From a virus, in IMG/VR virus record IMGVR_UViG_3300025131_000006: a DNA stretch of 64,000 nt; one strand, 5' to 3'. Positions 1 to 7,861 of this stretch are shown in pieces. The notes beneath the pieces are model-generated. The model made no database searches. It was not told the DNA's origin and was given only the letters and a program-made list of their open reading frames with translations. The position numbers and the translations under genes were made by a program. Positions within the stretch are counted from its first letter, which is position 1. Every line of letters begins with the position of its first letter.

Positions 1-104
1 TTCCGTGAGCCGGATATTGGCGATCAGCTAACAGCGATCGCCACAGAAGTGGTGCCCCACAAGCACCGTCGTTTTTTTAAAAAGCTGTCTTTGTACCGAC
101 CGAC

Positions 105-119
105 GTTCAGTCACTGAAC
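105..119. repeat. 15-bp palindrome GTTYAGTNACTRAAC, site 1
   Basis: GTTCAGTCACTGAAC, intergenic. Confidence 0.9.
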
Positions 120-203
120 TTTGGCGCGCGAAGGCGGCTTTTTTTGTGCCCGCAAGCTTGATTACTGATCAAGCACAGATCCCCGACACCAGGAGAACCA
201 GAG

Positions 204-824
204 ATGAGAAGACCAGAGATTGACACGAAGACCCAAATCGAAAGCACACCGAGCTTTGAGCAGCCCACACAGGAAGTGGGTGACGAGATCGCCCACCAGG
301 GAACGTGGGGGTGGCATGCCCTCTCGCAGGTGGACTTCCGCAAGCTCAAGTACGTTCATAAGATGCTGTGGGAGGCGTATTTATTGTGGCGAAGGGGGAA
401 GATTTGCCCGAAGATTGTGCCGTTCGTTACCTACTTCAATGATTGGAGAGAGGTGTGCGAGCATGTGGGGAACATGCATGCACCAAAGGCTCGCATGCGG
501 CAGTATGTGGGCAAGGGCATGCCCATTGCGAAAGGCAATAAGGGCAGCGGAGAGGACTTCACAGGGGCGTGGTTCGAATTGTCGGGGGTGAAGGATACTC
601 GTGTTCATGACGCCGAGGGGCGTCGCTTGAGCGGAGGGTGGGAGGTGTTCTTTAGGGATGCATGGAAGATTGTGGAGGCGTTGCGGTGGGCAAGGGTTCC
701 GCATGACACACCGACGGACGCGGTGACGTTCGTTCCGCCGCACCGGGAGGTGTGGGAGGCGTTGTATGAGAAGCTTACGAGTCCAGCGGCTTACTGTGGT
801 GAATCCACTGTGCAACCCGAATAG
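204..824 (+). CDS. hypothetical protein
   Basis: 206-aa ORF with an AGGAG a few bases upstream; no recognisable motif; converges on and overlaps the 3' end of pncB. Confidence 0.6.
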   Translation: MRRPEIDTKTQIESTPSFEQPTQEVGDEIAHQGTWGWHALSQVDFRKLKYVHKMLWEAYLLWRRGKICPKIVPFVTYFNDWREVCEHVGNMHAPKARMRQYVGKGMPIAKGNKGSGEDFTGAWFELSGVKDTRVHDAEGRRLSGGWEVFFRDAWKIVEALRWARVPHDTPTDAVTFVPPHREVWEALYEKLTSPAAYCGESTVQPE

Positions 825-1956
825 CGTCGGTATCTCCGGTGATCTTTCCCGGTTCGTCCGAGAGCTTGACGACCGGGATTCCGTCGCAGTGCGTCATCTT
901 GATCACGATATTGAGTGGCGTGGGTCCAAAGTTGTTGGTCAGGTTGGTGCCGATACCAAAGGCCACTTGAGCGTCGATCTCGTTGGCTTTGAGGAAGCTG
1001 CTGATGTGACCCACCTGTGTGGGGTTGAGGCCATCGGAGAAGATGAAGGTCTTGGAGGAGAGGTCGATTCCGAGTTCACGGTAGTGTCGGGACATGCGGC
1101 TTGCCCATGCCAAGGGGCACCCGGAGTCGTGGCGAACGCCGCTGTAGCTTCGAGCGAGGAGACCGTCGAAGTCTCGCAGGAACGATTCGGTGCCAAAGGT
1201 GTCTGTGAGGGCGATGCTGACGTTTCCCTTGAAGGTGTCGAGCCAATCTTCCAAGACGTATCGGTTGGCGTACCTCACTCCTTTCAGGGCCGAGTATCCC
1301 ATGAAGATCTCGTGGGCTTGGGTGCCGATCGGTTGCAGGTCATGCCGGTGGGCCAAGTGGACACAGCTTGTGCCCAAAAAGGTGGCGAAGAGGGGGGATC
1401 GTTTCGCGAAAAGATCGACGACTATGTCGTGTCCCAAGCTGCTGTGGCGTCGTCGAAGTCCGAAGTCCGCAACGGGTTGGCCGATCAGTTGAGAGATCTT
1501 CTGCGAGGTTCGGACTCGATAGACTCGTTTTGCGTTCTCGATGGGGTCCACGCAGTGTTGGAAGTAGAGTTCGCTGATTTGGGCCATAAGGGGCACTTCC
1601 CAGAAGATGGCACTCTCCCACGGACCCTCGACCGTGAGGTCCAAGACGCCGTCTTCGGATACGCAGAACTCGACTTGATTGGCGTCGAACTTGAAGTTTC
1701 GCATGTAATCCAAGAAGTGGGGGGGCAAATAGGGGCATCGTTCCCGCAGGAAGGAGATCTCTTCCGGGGTTGTCCGCAGGTACTCCATGCTTTGGAGGAA
1801 GGTGCGGAGGCCATTGACGAACTTGTCAGTATTGAACAGGTATCGGGGGTCACGGTCGAAGAATTTGTATTTTACCGGAGTGCCGGGGCAGTTGCGAAGG
1901 ACGAACGCGGCCATGTTGAACTTGTACAGGTCGTTTTCGAGAATGGATCGGATCAT
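775..1956 (-). CDS. pncB: nicotinate phosphoribosyltransferase
   Basis: PncB motifs in order: SILENDLYKFNM, DFGLRRRHS, GTS, GTQAHE, ALTDTF, GVRHDSG, FSDGL, FGIGTNLT, PLNIVIKM, KLSDEPGK; ATG at 1956 preceded by AGGAG. Confidence 0.95.
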   Translation of the reverse strand: MIRSILENDLYKFNMAAFVLRNCPGTPVKYKFFDRDPRYLFNTDKFVNGLRTFLQSMEYLRTTPEEISFLRERCPYLPPHFLDYMRNFKFDANQVEFCVSEDGVLDLTVEGPWESAIFWEVPLMAQISELYFQHCVDPIENAKRVYRVRTSQKISQLIGQPVADFGLRRRHSSLGHDIVVDLFAKRSPLFATFLGTSCVHLAHRHDLQPIGTQAHEIFMGYSALKGVRYANRYVLEDWLDTFKGNVSIALTDTFGTESFLRDFDGLLARSYSGVRHDSGCPLAWASRMSRHYRELGIDLSSKTFIFSDGLNPTQVGHISSFLKANEIDAQVAFGIGTNLTNNFGPTPLNIVIKMTHCDGIPVVKLSDEPGKITGDTDAIRVAQWIHHSKPLDS

Positions 1957-2011
1957 AAGACGCTCCTGGTGATTGGGTTGCGAATGGCACCTGTGAAGAG
2001 GAAGAGGGGTG

Positions 2012-2133
2012 GGAGAGGGAGAGAACGGAGCCCAAGGACTGTCGCGTCTTGCTTGTGCGCTGCGGTGCCGAGGCACCAACTAAGCCATTGAAGCGTCATT
2101 GCCGTTGGCTTGGGCTCCGTTCTCTCCCTCTCC
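2012..2133 (-). ncRNA. putative structured small RNA, copy 1 (perfect 25-bp closing stem around a 72-nt core)
   Basis: 2012-2036 is the exact reverse complement of 2109-2133; internal hairpin GGTGCCGAGGCACC; directly downstream of the 37-bp promoter-like motif; second copy at 3913-4035 shows covariation. Confidence 0.7.
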
Positions 2134-2140
2134 TGTCGCT

Positions 2141-2177
2141 TGTAATGTCTTTCTCTCCGTTCTATTTTGCGGTGCAC
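2141..2177 (-). promoter_or_regulatory. conserved 37-bp promoter-like motif, copy 1
   Basis: Minus strand GTGCACCGCAAAATAGAACGGAGAGAAAGACATTACA; 7 near-identical copies, each upstream of and co-oriented with small-gene cassettes. Confidence 0.75.
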
Positions 2178-2813
2178 TCACCAAGGGCAGGGAGTGCTTG
2201 GTCTGCTTGTCCGGTTTGCTATGGTCTCCCAAAGTACCTCTTTTTCTGTTTCGGTCAACAGCTTTGCCTCTTGCGAGTACTCCTTCCAGAGGAGGGCATG
2301 TGCTAGATAGCGTCTAGCTCTAGCGAGCGAGGGAGCCGAAGATGTATTTAGCCATGTGTCGCCGCTTATGGCTAATGTTTTGGCGGCAGGGATGGCTCTC
2401 GAATGTGTACGTGTAAGGGTTTCTAGTAGGGAGGCTCGGAGGTTGTTGAAAAAGACACGCCGAAGGTCTCTTGCGAGCTGTGAGAGACCTTCGGAGGGGT
2501 GGGTTCTCCTCATTCCCCTCAAGATCGTTCCGATTCCTGTTCGACAAGGGTTGTGGGGGCTTCGTGCGAACCCGATAATGGGTTTAGGTTGCCTGTGGTC
2601 GCCCTTGGGAGAAAGGTCGAGCATTATGAGTCCGATGGTTTCTGGATCACAGAGCTTCGCTCTTTCTAGCGTTTCCTTTCCGGTAATGGGAGGGGTGTGC
2701 CCCGAAACAGTGACGAGCGAAAAGGTATTGTATTTGTTGAGAACTGTGTAAAAATCTTGCTCTGGGGGAGGAGGCAAGCGTTCGAATGGGAATATGATGG
2801 GGAAGTTTGTCAT
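2178..2813 (-). CDS. hypothetical protein, paralogue of 4083..4709
   Basis: C-terminus WKEYSQEAKLL...LW...TPCPW aligns with WKEIEAHAKLV...MW...TPCPW. Confidence 0.7.
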   Translation of the reverse strand: MTNFPIIFPFERLPPPPEQDFYTVLNKYNTFSLVTVSGHTPPITGKETLERAKLCDPETIGLIMLDLSPKGDHRQPKPIIGFARSPHNPCRTGIGTILRGMRRTHPSEGLSQLARDLRRVFFNNLRASLLETLTRTHSRAIPAAKTLAISGDTWLNTSSAPSLARARRYLAHALLWKEYSQEAKLLTETEKEVLWETIANRTSRPSTPCPW

Positions 2814-2833
2814 GGTCTTTCTCTTCGGGTGGG

Positions 2834-3040
2834 TCACATCCAATCTATGAGGACGGAGTTGGGTGTGCGTGTGCTGTCGTCGCAGTGCACCATGAATTGT
2901 CTTTTTTTCTCGGAGAAGTGGCCTTTTTCGACCTCCGACACACTCATAAATATTCGCCCGTCACGACTGTATTCAGATATGATCACTTCGGCGTTTGGAT
3001 CGTGTTGGAGTAGTTCTTGGATGAGTTCTTTGACAGTCAT
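2834..3040 (-). CDS. small hypothetical phage protein
   Basis: 68 aa, MTVKELIQELLQHDPNAEV is a common small phage protein N-terminus. Confidence 0.65.
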   Translation of the reverse strand: MTVKELIQELLQHDPNAEVIISEYSRDGRIFMSVSEVEKGHFSEKKRQFMVHCDDSTRTPNSVLIDWM

Positions 3041-3059
3041 TTGATGGACCTGTGTGTGA

Positions 3060-3074
3060 GTTTAGTGACTGAAC
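3060..3074. repeat. 15-bp palindrome, site 2
   Basis: GTTTAGTGACTGAAC, intergenic. Confidence 0.9.
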
Positions 3075-3084
3075 TTTCTGTGGT

Positions 3085-3531
3085 TTAGTCTTCCAAGTAT
3101 CGAAGAGAATTTCCGTTATTCCAAGCGGTGACGGCTTCTTTACTCTCGATAGGGGTGGTCGGCATTTTCTCGGCCATATCTTTGATGAGTTGGGTCATAC
3201 CGTCCACAGCGGGGAGCCCTTTCATGTGGATCTTCATCTTGCATCGGTTCGAGACGAGTACCCAGATAATGCCGTGTTTGTCGGTACGGTGCCGCCAGAC
3301 CCAATACCGGGCCGGGGAGGATTCCTCTCCGGTGTAGCAGAAGCTCTGTCGCCCCCAAAGACGCTTGAAGTAGGTGACCTTATCGAAGATAAAGGCCGAG
3401 CGAACGAGCATGGACAGGTATTCTTCGGCGAAGTCCACGCTCAGGACTCGGTGGGGCCACTGCTCAATCTTGTAGACTTCGTCTTCGGAGAGAGCTTTCT
3501 TGTATTCGCCGCGAAGGAAGGATGCGATCAT
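3085..3531 (-). CDS. hypothetical protein
   Basis: 148-aa ORF packed tightly in the minus-strand operon. Confidence 0.65.
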   Translation of the reverse strand: MIASFLRGEYKKALSEDEVYKIEQWPHRVLSVDFAEEYLSMLVRSAFIFDKVTYFKRLWGRQSFCYTGEESSPARYWVWRHRTDKHGIIWVLVSNRCKMKIHMKGLPAVDGMTQLIKDMAEKMPTTPIESKEAVTAWNNGNSLRYLED

Positions 3532-3534
3532 TAA

Positions 3535-3882
3535 TCAGTACCCCATGTAGGTTTGAAAGTCTTGCAGTTCGGAGATCTCAGACATAAAAGAAGGGGAGAA
3601 GGAGGTGTCGCGTTCGACAGCGGGGATACGGAGGCGGATTTTGCCGAGCCGCATTCGAAGGCTCTTGAGTTCGTCGAGGCAGATATACCCCCATTCAAAG
3701 GGGTGTCCGTTGATGGAGGCCAAGCCAAAGGCTCGGTTGGAGTCCATATCGATTTCCGAGATGTACCACGTGGCTTGAGCCGAATTGTGGAACAGTCGTG
3801 CGTAGAACTTGGTCTTGCGACCGTTTCCGTCTTGCGTGTAGAGCGGGGGCACTTTCATGCTTTTCAGAATAAGTTTTTTCAT
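3535..3882 (-). CDS. DUF2958-like protein
   Basis: PPLYTQDG...ARLF...ATWYISE.D....AFGL.....EWGYI.LDEL......VERD..F pattern. Confidence 0.75.
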   Translation of the reverse strand: MKKLILKSMKVPPLYTQDGNGRKTKFYARLFHNSAQATWYISEIDMDSNRAFGLASINGHPFEWGYICLDELKSLRMRLGKIRLRIPAVERDTSFSPSFMSEISELQDFQTYMGY

Positions 3883-3912
3883 TACATAGTCCCTGTAGGA
3901 GAGAAGAGGGAA

Positions 3913-4035
3913 GGTGAAGGAGAGAACGGAGCCCAAGGACTGTCACCGTCTTGCTTGTGCGCTGCGGTACCGAGGTACCAACTAAGCCATTGAAGCGTCA
4001 TGGTCGTTGGCTTGGGCTCCGTTCTGTCTTTCACC
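3913..4035 (-). ncRNA. putative structured small RNA, copy 2
   Basis: 3913-3937 pairs with 4011-4035 (23/25); internal hairpin GGTACCGAGGTACC, a compensatory change relative to copy 1. Confidence 0.7.
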
Positions 4036-4045
4036 CGTTGTCGCT

Positions 4046-4082
4046 TGTAATGTCTTTCTCCTCGTTCTATTTTGAGGTGCAC
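4046..4082 (-). promoter_or_regulatory. conserved 37-bp promoter-like motif, copy 2
   Basis: GTGCACCTCAAAATAGAACGAGGAGAAAGACATTACA on minus strand. Confidence 0.75.
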
Positions 4083-4709
4083 TCACCAAGGGCAGGGAGT
4101 TCTTTTTCCTTCAAGGTTGCTCCACATATCTCGCAGGGTCTCGACGGGCACGAGCTTGGCGTGAGCTTCGATCTCTTTCCATCTCTGTGTGAGATCGTTC
4201 CATGTGAGCCAATGGGCTCGGTTGGAGGATGATGGGTCAAACGAGGGGTCTTTTATCTTTGGGACGTGCCACCGGGGGAAAGCTCTCAGTAGCTCACGCA
4301 TTCGCACGGTGGGGTCTCGCTCCATCTCTAGTTTGAGTCGATATGCTCGACAGACCTCCAAGAGGAGCATCTGGATGCCCTCCTCCCACGGTATTTGGGA
4401 GTTTGTGACCTTTGAGTCTATCCCCATCGACAGAGGGGCACCGACGTCGCGGATGCATGCAACGTCCAAGAGAATGCCGTTTTTGTACCATCCATAAGCA
4501 AAGGCACCAATCGTGTCATCATCTATCAGGTGCCACACATCGACAGCCTTGAGGTGTCCCGTAAGTTGCTCGATGGACCCGTCGTATCGGATGACGAAAA
4601 GAATCTTATCCGGATAGCTTTCGTTTTCATTTGGAATGAGGCAGTCGGATATATCGGACCAGAATGGGTGTCTTGATATGTAATCAAAGCACGGTTCTTT
4701 GGGAATCAT
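4083..4709 (-). CDS. hypothetical protein, paralogue of 2178..2813
   Basis: 208 aa; shared C-terminal block ending TPCPW. Confidence 0.7.
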   Translation of the reverse strand: MIPKEPCFDYISRHPFWSDISDCLIPNENESYPDKILFVIRYDGSIEQLTGHLKAVDVWHLIDDDTIGAFAYGWYKNGILLDVACIRDVGAPLSMGIDSKVTNSQIPWEEGIQMLLLEVCRAYRLKLEMERDPTVRMRELLRAFPRWHVPKIKDPSFDPSSSNRAHWLTWNDLTQRWKEIEAHAKLVPVETLRDMWSNLEGKRTPCPW

Positions 4710-5040
4710 GGGTCTCTCTGTTGATTATCGGCAAAACAAGAAGAGTAGGGGCACTAAGAATAGCAAGGTGGCCAGGAGGGCGATGCCTCCGGCCACGGTC
4801 GTGTATCGGCTCATGGTTGTTCCGTGTGGTCGGTTAGAGCCCCCAATGCGTGAGGAGGACGGCGACGAGTAGTAGGGCTGCTGCCCAAAAGGTCGCGAGA
4901 AGGGGGCCGCGATTGCGGTGCCACCAGAGGGTGTTGTTGGGCTTTCTCTTATTCATACGGACACCTTGTTCGCAGGTTCTAGGTTTGGAGTGGGTTCGGA
5001 ACCCACATGTTCGATTACATGTGGGTTATCGCGACCGATT

Positions 5041-5490
5041 CTATGTCGTAGGGAGGGTGCCGTGGATAGCGACCTCTCGGAGTTCGGACAAGGAGAGACC
5101 TTCGAGGCGGCTTTCCAAGATCCACGAGTTGAGAGCCGCCTCTTTGGTGAACTTGTAGGTTCTGCCGTCTTCGACGCGGACCGCACTCACGGGGTACTTG
5201 CGGCGACGGGGGGCGAATCCGGTGAGTCGGTAGGTGATGCCGCGAGAGGTGAACGTTCTCCCGTAGTCGCTTTCTTCGTATCCGTATCGGGCACAGTTCT
5301 TTTTCCAATCGGCGGGGATGCCGTCTTCGGAGATCGTTGCGAGTTCGAAGGTGAACTTCATCGTTCCTTGGGGGCTGTATGTGCACTTGGTCGTTTCGAA
5401 CTTGAAGTTATTGTCTTCGGCGAAGTCGGCGAGGAGTGCTTGGAGTTTGTTTTGAATTTGTCGAACTTTGGCGGAAGAGAGAGTAGACAT
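5041..5490 (-). CDS. hypothetical phage protein
   Basis: ATG at 5490 with AGGAG RBS; YGRTF...YRLTGFAPRRRKYPV...GRTYKF. Confidence 0.7.
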   Translation of the reverse strand: MSTLSSAKVRQIQNKLQALLADFAEDNNFKFETTKCTYSPQGTMKFTFELATISEDGIPADWKKNCARYGYEESDYGRTFTSRGITYRLTGFAPRRRKYPVSAVRVEDGRTYKFTKEAALNSWILESRLEGLSLSELREVAIHGTLPTT

Positions 5491-5528
5491 GTGTTTTTCT
5501 CCTAGAGAAGGTGTGCGGAAAGTGGGGG

Positions 5529-5873
5529 TTATCGGACTTGTTTGGCAGCGACTGCCGAGAGGGCCATCAGATGCTTGCAGAACATGCTGTTTGCGTTGTG
5601 GTCCGGGCAGGAGCAGTGATGCCACCCGTTCGACCCAATGATGACGTGGTGAATGTTGGAGGCATCGACCCGAAGGTGGGCGGCGAGGCCAACTTGCGAT
5701 TCGTGTCGTTTGATCCAGAAGGAGACAGAGTTGTCGCCTTTGTCGCGGGCTTGGCGAATGATGTCGCGGGCTTTTTGAATCCGGCGATTCATCGCCTCGC
5801 CGACTTCGCCGGTCAGTTGTTTGAAGTTTTGAACCATATGTACGAGGGATTGGGCGTGTTCTCGAAGGGTCAT
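5529..5873 (-). CDS. SWIM zinc-finger protein
   Basis: CSCPD...CKH signature (CxC-xn-CxH). Confidence 0.8.
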   Translation of the reverse strand: MTLREHAQSLVHMVQNFKQLTGEVGEAMNRRIQKARDIIRQARDKGDNSVSFWIKRHESQVGLAAHLRVDASNIHHVIIGSNGWHHCSCPDHNANSMFCKHLMALSAVAAKQVR

Positions 5874-5909
5874 TCTTTTTTTTCTCCCGTTGTTTTTTTC
5901 GATTCGCCC

Positions 5910-5946
5910 TGTAATGTCTTTCTCCTCGTTCTATTTTGAGGTGCAC
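5910..5946 (-). promoter_or_regulatory. conserved 37-bp promoter-like motif, copy 3
   Basis: Identical to copy 2; upstream of the SWIM gene cassette. Confidence 0.75.
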
Positions 5947-5960
5947 TTTTCTTGGAAAGA

Positions 5961-5975
5961 GTTCAGTGACTAAAC
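5961..5975. repeat. 15-bp palindrome, site 3
   Basis: GTTCAGTGACTAAAC, divergent intergenic region. Confidence 0.9.
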
Positions 5976-6117
5976 TTCATTGCTTCTTATAGACATTGTT
6001 TTGTTTTGTGGCCCCGTGGTATAACAGCAAGGGTCGGCTCCTCTCCCCTTTTTTGGAATGAAACGCAAGGGAGTCGTTCTCTTCTTGGGGTCCACTTTTT
6101 ATCGATGGGAGTTATCC

Positions 6118-6909
6118 ATGCGAACGGTGCTGTACAGTCGGTCATATCGAGGCAGAGTCATTAATATTAAGGGAAAGCACGTTCTGGTTCCGGAGTCCGG
6201 CTTTTATGATCCCGCAGTGGATGGCTTGCACCTGTCGGACTTCTCTCGTGTGGAGGGCTTCACAACGACGGAAGTGGAGGATGAACCGGCAGAGTTGTTG
6301 GGGTCGGATATTCCAGAGGTTGCTCTTGTGGAGGAGCCCGCCTTGGAGTCGATCGGTGAAGTGTCTGTCGTGTCACAGGGTATTGCTGTTGAAGTGCCGA
6401 AGGATGAAGGGGAGGTAACAGAGGAGGTGCCTCCAGGGAAGCCAAGCGGAGACCCCACAGAGGAGGTGCCTGTTACCGAGGAGCCTGAGAGCAGTACAAT
6501 AGTGGTGGATGGGAACTTGGAGGTTGTGGATGGGAACTTGGAGGTTGTGGAGGACAAAGAGGAGCCCTCCGAGGAACCCAAGGCAGCGGAGTCCAGTTTT
6601 TCAACAGAGCCTTTGGCAGCAACAGTTGTTGTGGATGGACACTTGGAGGCCGTGGAAGAGAGTACTCCAGACACAGAGGCTGTAGACGCCGTTCTGGAGG
6701 GAGTGGTGGAGTTGGCGACCGAGGAGAAAGAGGCTCTTCAGGAGCAGCAGGATTTGAGCGTGGTGGAGTTGGATGCCGTGTCGGTGACATTCCCCGGATC
6801 GAAAAAGAAGTCCGCTGCTAAAAAGTCATCGCCTAAAAAGAAGTCCGGATCGAAGAAAAAGAGCACGGGCTCCAAAAAGAAAGGTGCGGGCAGGAAAAAG
6901 AGCAAGTGA
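6118..6909 (+). CDS. acidic low-complexity protein with Lys/Ser-rich basic C-terminal tail
   Basis: E/V/P-rich body, tail GSKKKSAAKKSSPKKKSGSKKK; ATG 6118 after GGGAG. Confidence 0.7.
   Translation: MRTVLYSRSYRGRVINIKGKHVLVPESGFYDPAVDGLHLSDFSRVEGFTTTEVEDEPAELLGSDIPEVALVEEPALESIGEVSVVSQGIAVEVPKDEGEVTEEVPPGKPSGDPTEEVPVTEEPESSTIVVDGNLEVVDGNLEVVEDKEEPSEEPKAAESSFSTEPLAATVVVDGHLEAVEESTPDTEAVDAVLEGVVELATEEKEALQEQQDLSVVELDAVSVTFPGSKKKSAAKKSSPKKKSGSKKKSTGSKKKGAGRKKSK
6505..6546 (+). repeat. 21-bp tandem repeat x2 (VDGNLEV), diverged third copy near 6631
   Basis: GTGGATGGGAACTTGGAGGTT repeated. Confidence 0.85.
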
Positions 6910-6955
6910 TAAAAGGGGGGCACCAACAACACGGGCAGAAAGGTGAGAGCAGCAC

Positions 6956-7849
6956 ATGCGTTATGTAAAACAGAACGTCGGCTCCGAGGATACCGTGCAA
7001 CTCTTCACATCTGCGGGTGTGGCGGTGCCAGGTGTCTTGTTCGGCGAAGTAATCGTCGAGATTCGCAAGGCAGGAGCGTCAGGGTGGTCTGCCAAGGCGA
7101 TCACCGGGTCAAATTGGACAGACAGAGGTGCGGGCAATTACGCGCTCAAGTTTGAAAATGCGGATTTTGACACATTGGGTATCTTTCAATACAAGATACG
7201 TCCAAATGGTCCGTCGTTTCAGACCTATCAGGACAGCTTGTATGTTGTCACGACGTTGCCGACGGTGCTGCCTGCTCCACCGACGATCAACTCACAGACG
7301 GACTCGTCTCCGGGCATTCTGCCGAATCCTGTGTACAAGAAGACGGCGCCCAACACCTTAACCATCACCGGAACGGAGTTGTTGAATCCAACGGCGGTGA
7401 CGGTGGGTGGGGTGGCTCTGAGTGTTACCGCAAACACAGACACGTCGATTGCTGTGACGGTGATTGATGCAGTTCCACTTGGAACGGACGTCGAGGTGAT
7501 TGTTGTAACGGCGGGTGGGACCGCTAAAGGGAAAGTCAATGTTGTCGTACACCCGGATGACATTCCAGGTGAGTTGTGCGAGATCCACGGCAAGGTCTTT
7601 AGCACGAAACTAGGGCAGCCATTGAGTGGGGTTGCGGTTTTCGCTATCTTGTTGGATATGCCTGTTATTGTTGATGGCGTGGCATGGACAGATGAGACGA
7701 TTCCAGTATCGACGGATGCACAGGGGGTTTTCTCAGTGAAGCTCCCGCGACAAAAGCGAGTGGAGATTTTTATCCCCAGGACGCAATACCGGCGAGAGTT
7801 TGTTGTGCCTAATGTCGCGAAAGCAGACTTGTTTACAGAGATTCCGTAG
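6956..7849 (+). CDS. putative virion protein with Ig-like (IPT/TIG) beta-sandwich domains
   Basis: TLTITGTELLNPTAVTVGG...TDTSIAVTV..V.VVTAGGT; C-terminal G.PL.GV.V...TDAQG.FSV.L. Confidence 0.6.
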   Translation: MRYVKQNVGSEDTVQLFTSAGVAVPGVLFGEVIVEIRKAGASGWSAKAITGSNWTDRGAGNYALKFENADFDTLGIFQYKIRPNGPSFQTYQDSLYVVTTLPTVLPAPPTINSQTDSSPGILPNPVYKKTAPNTLTITGTELLNPTAVTVGGVALSVTANTDTSIAVTVIDAVPLGTDVEVIVVTAGGTAKGKVNVVVHPDDIPGELCEIHGKVFSTKLGQPLSGVAVFAILLDMPVIVDGVAWTDETIPVSTDAQGVFSVKLPRQKRVEIFIPRTQYRREFVVPNVAKADLFTEIP

Positions 7850-7861
7850 GTGGGAAAGAAG

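Noticed and set aside
766-2091. 441-aa plus-strand ORF and similar long antisense ORFs (e.g. 20691..21548, 23110..24450, 38651..39718)
   Set aside because: Shadows opposite clearly recognisable genes; expected in GC-rich DNA
2037-2108. 72-nt core as a tRNA (TGGCTTAGTTGGT resembles a D-arm)
   Set aside because: No T-loop GTTCRA, acceptor stem or cloverleaf
2012-2133. Hairpin as NAD riboswitch, retron ncRNA or hammerhead ribozyme
   Set aside because: Second copy precedes a non-NAD gene; no reverse transcriptase in the window; no CUGANGA/GAAA core
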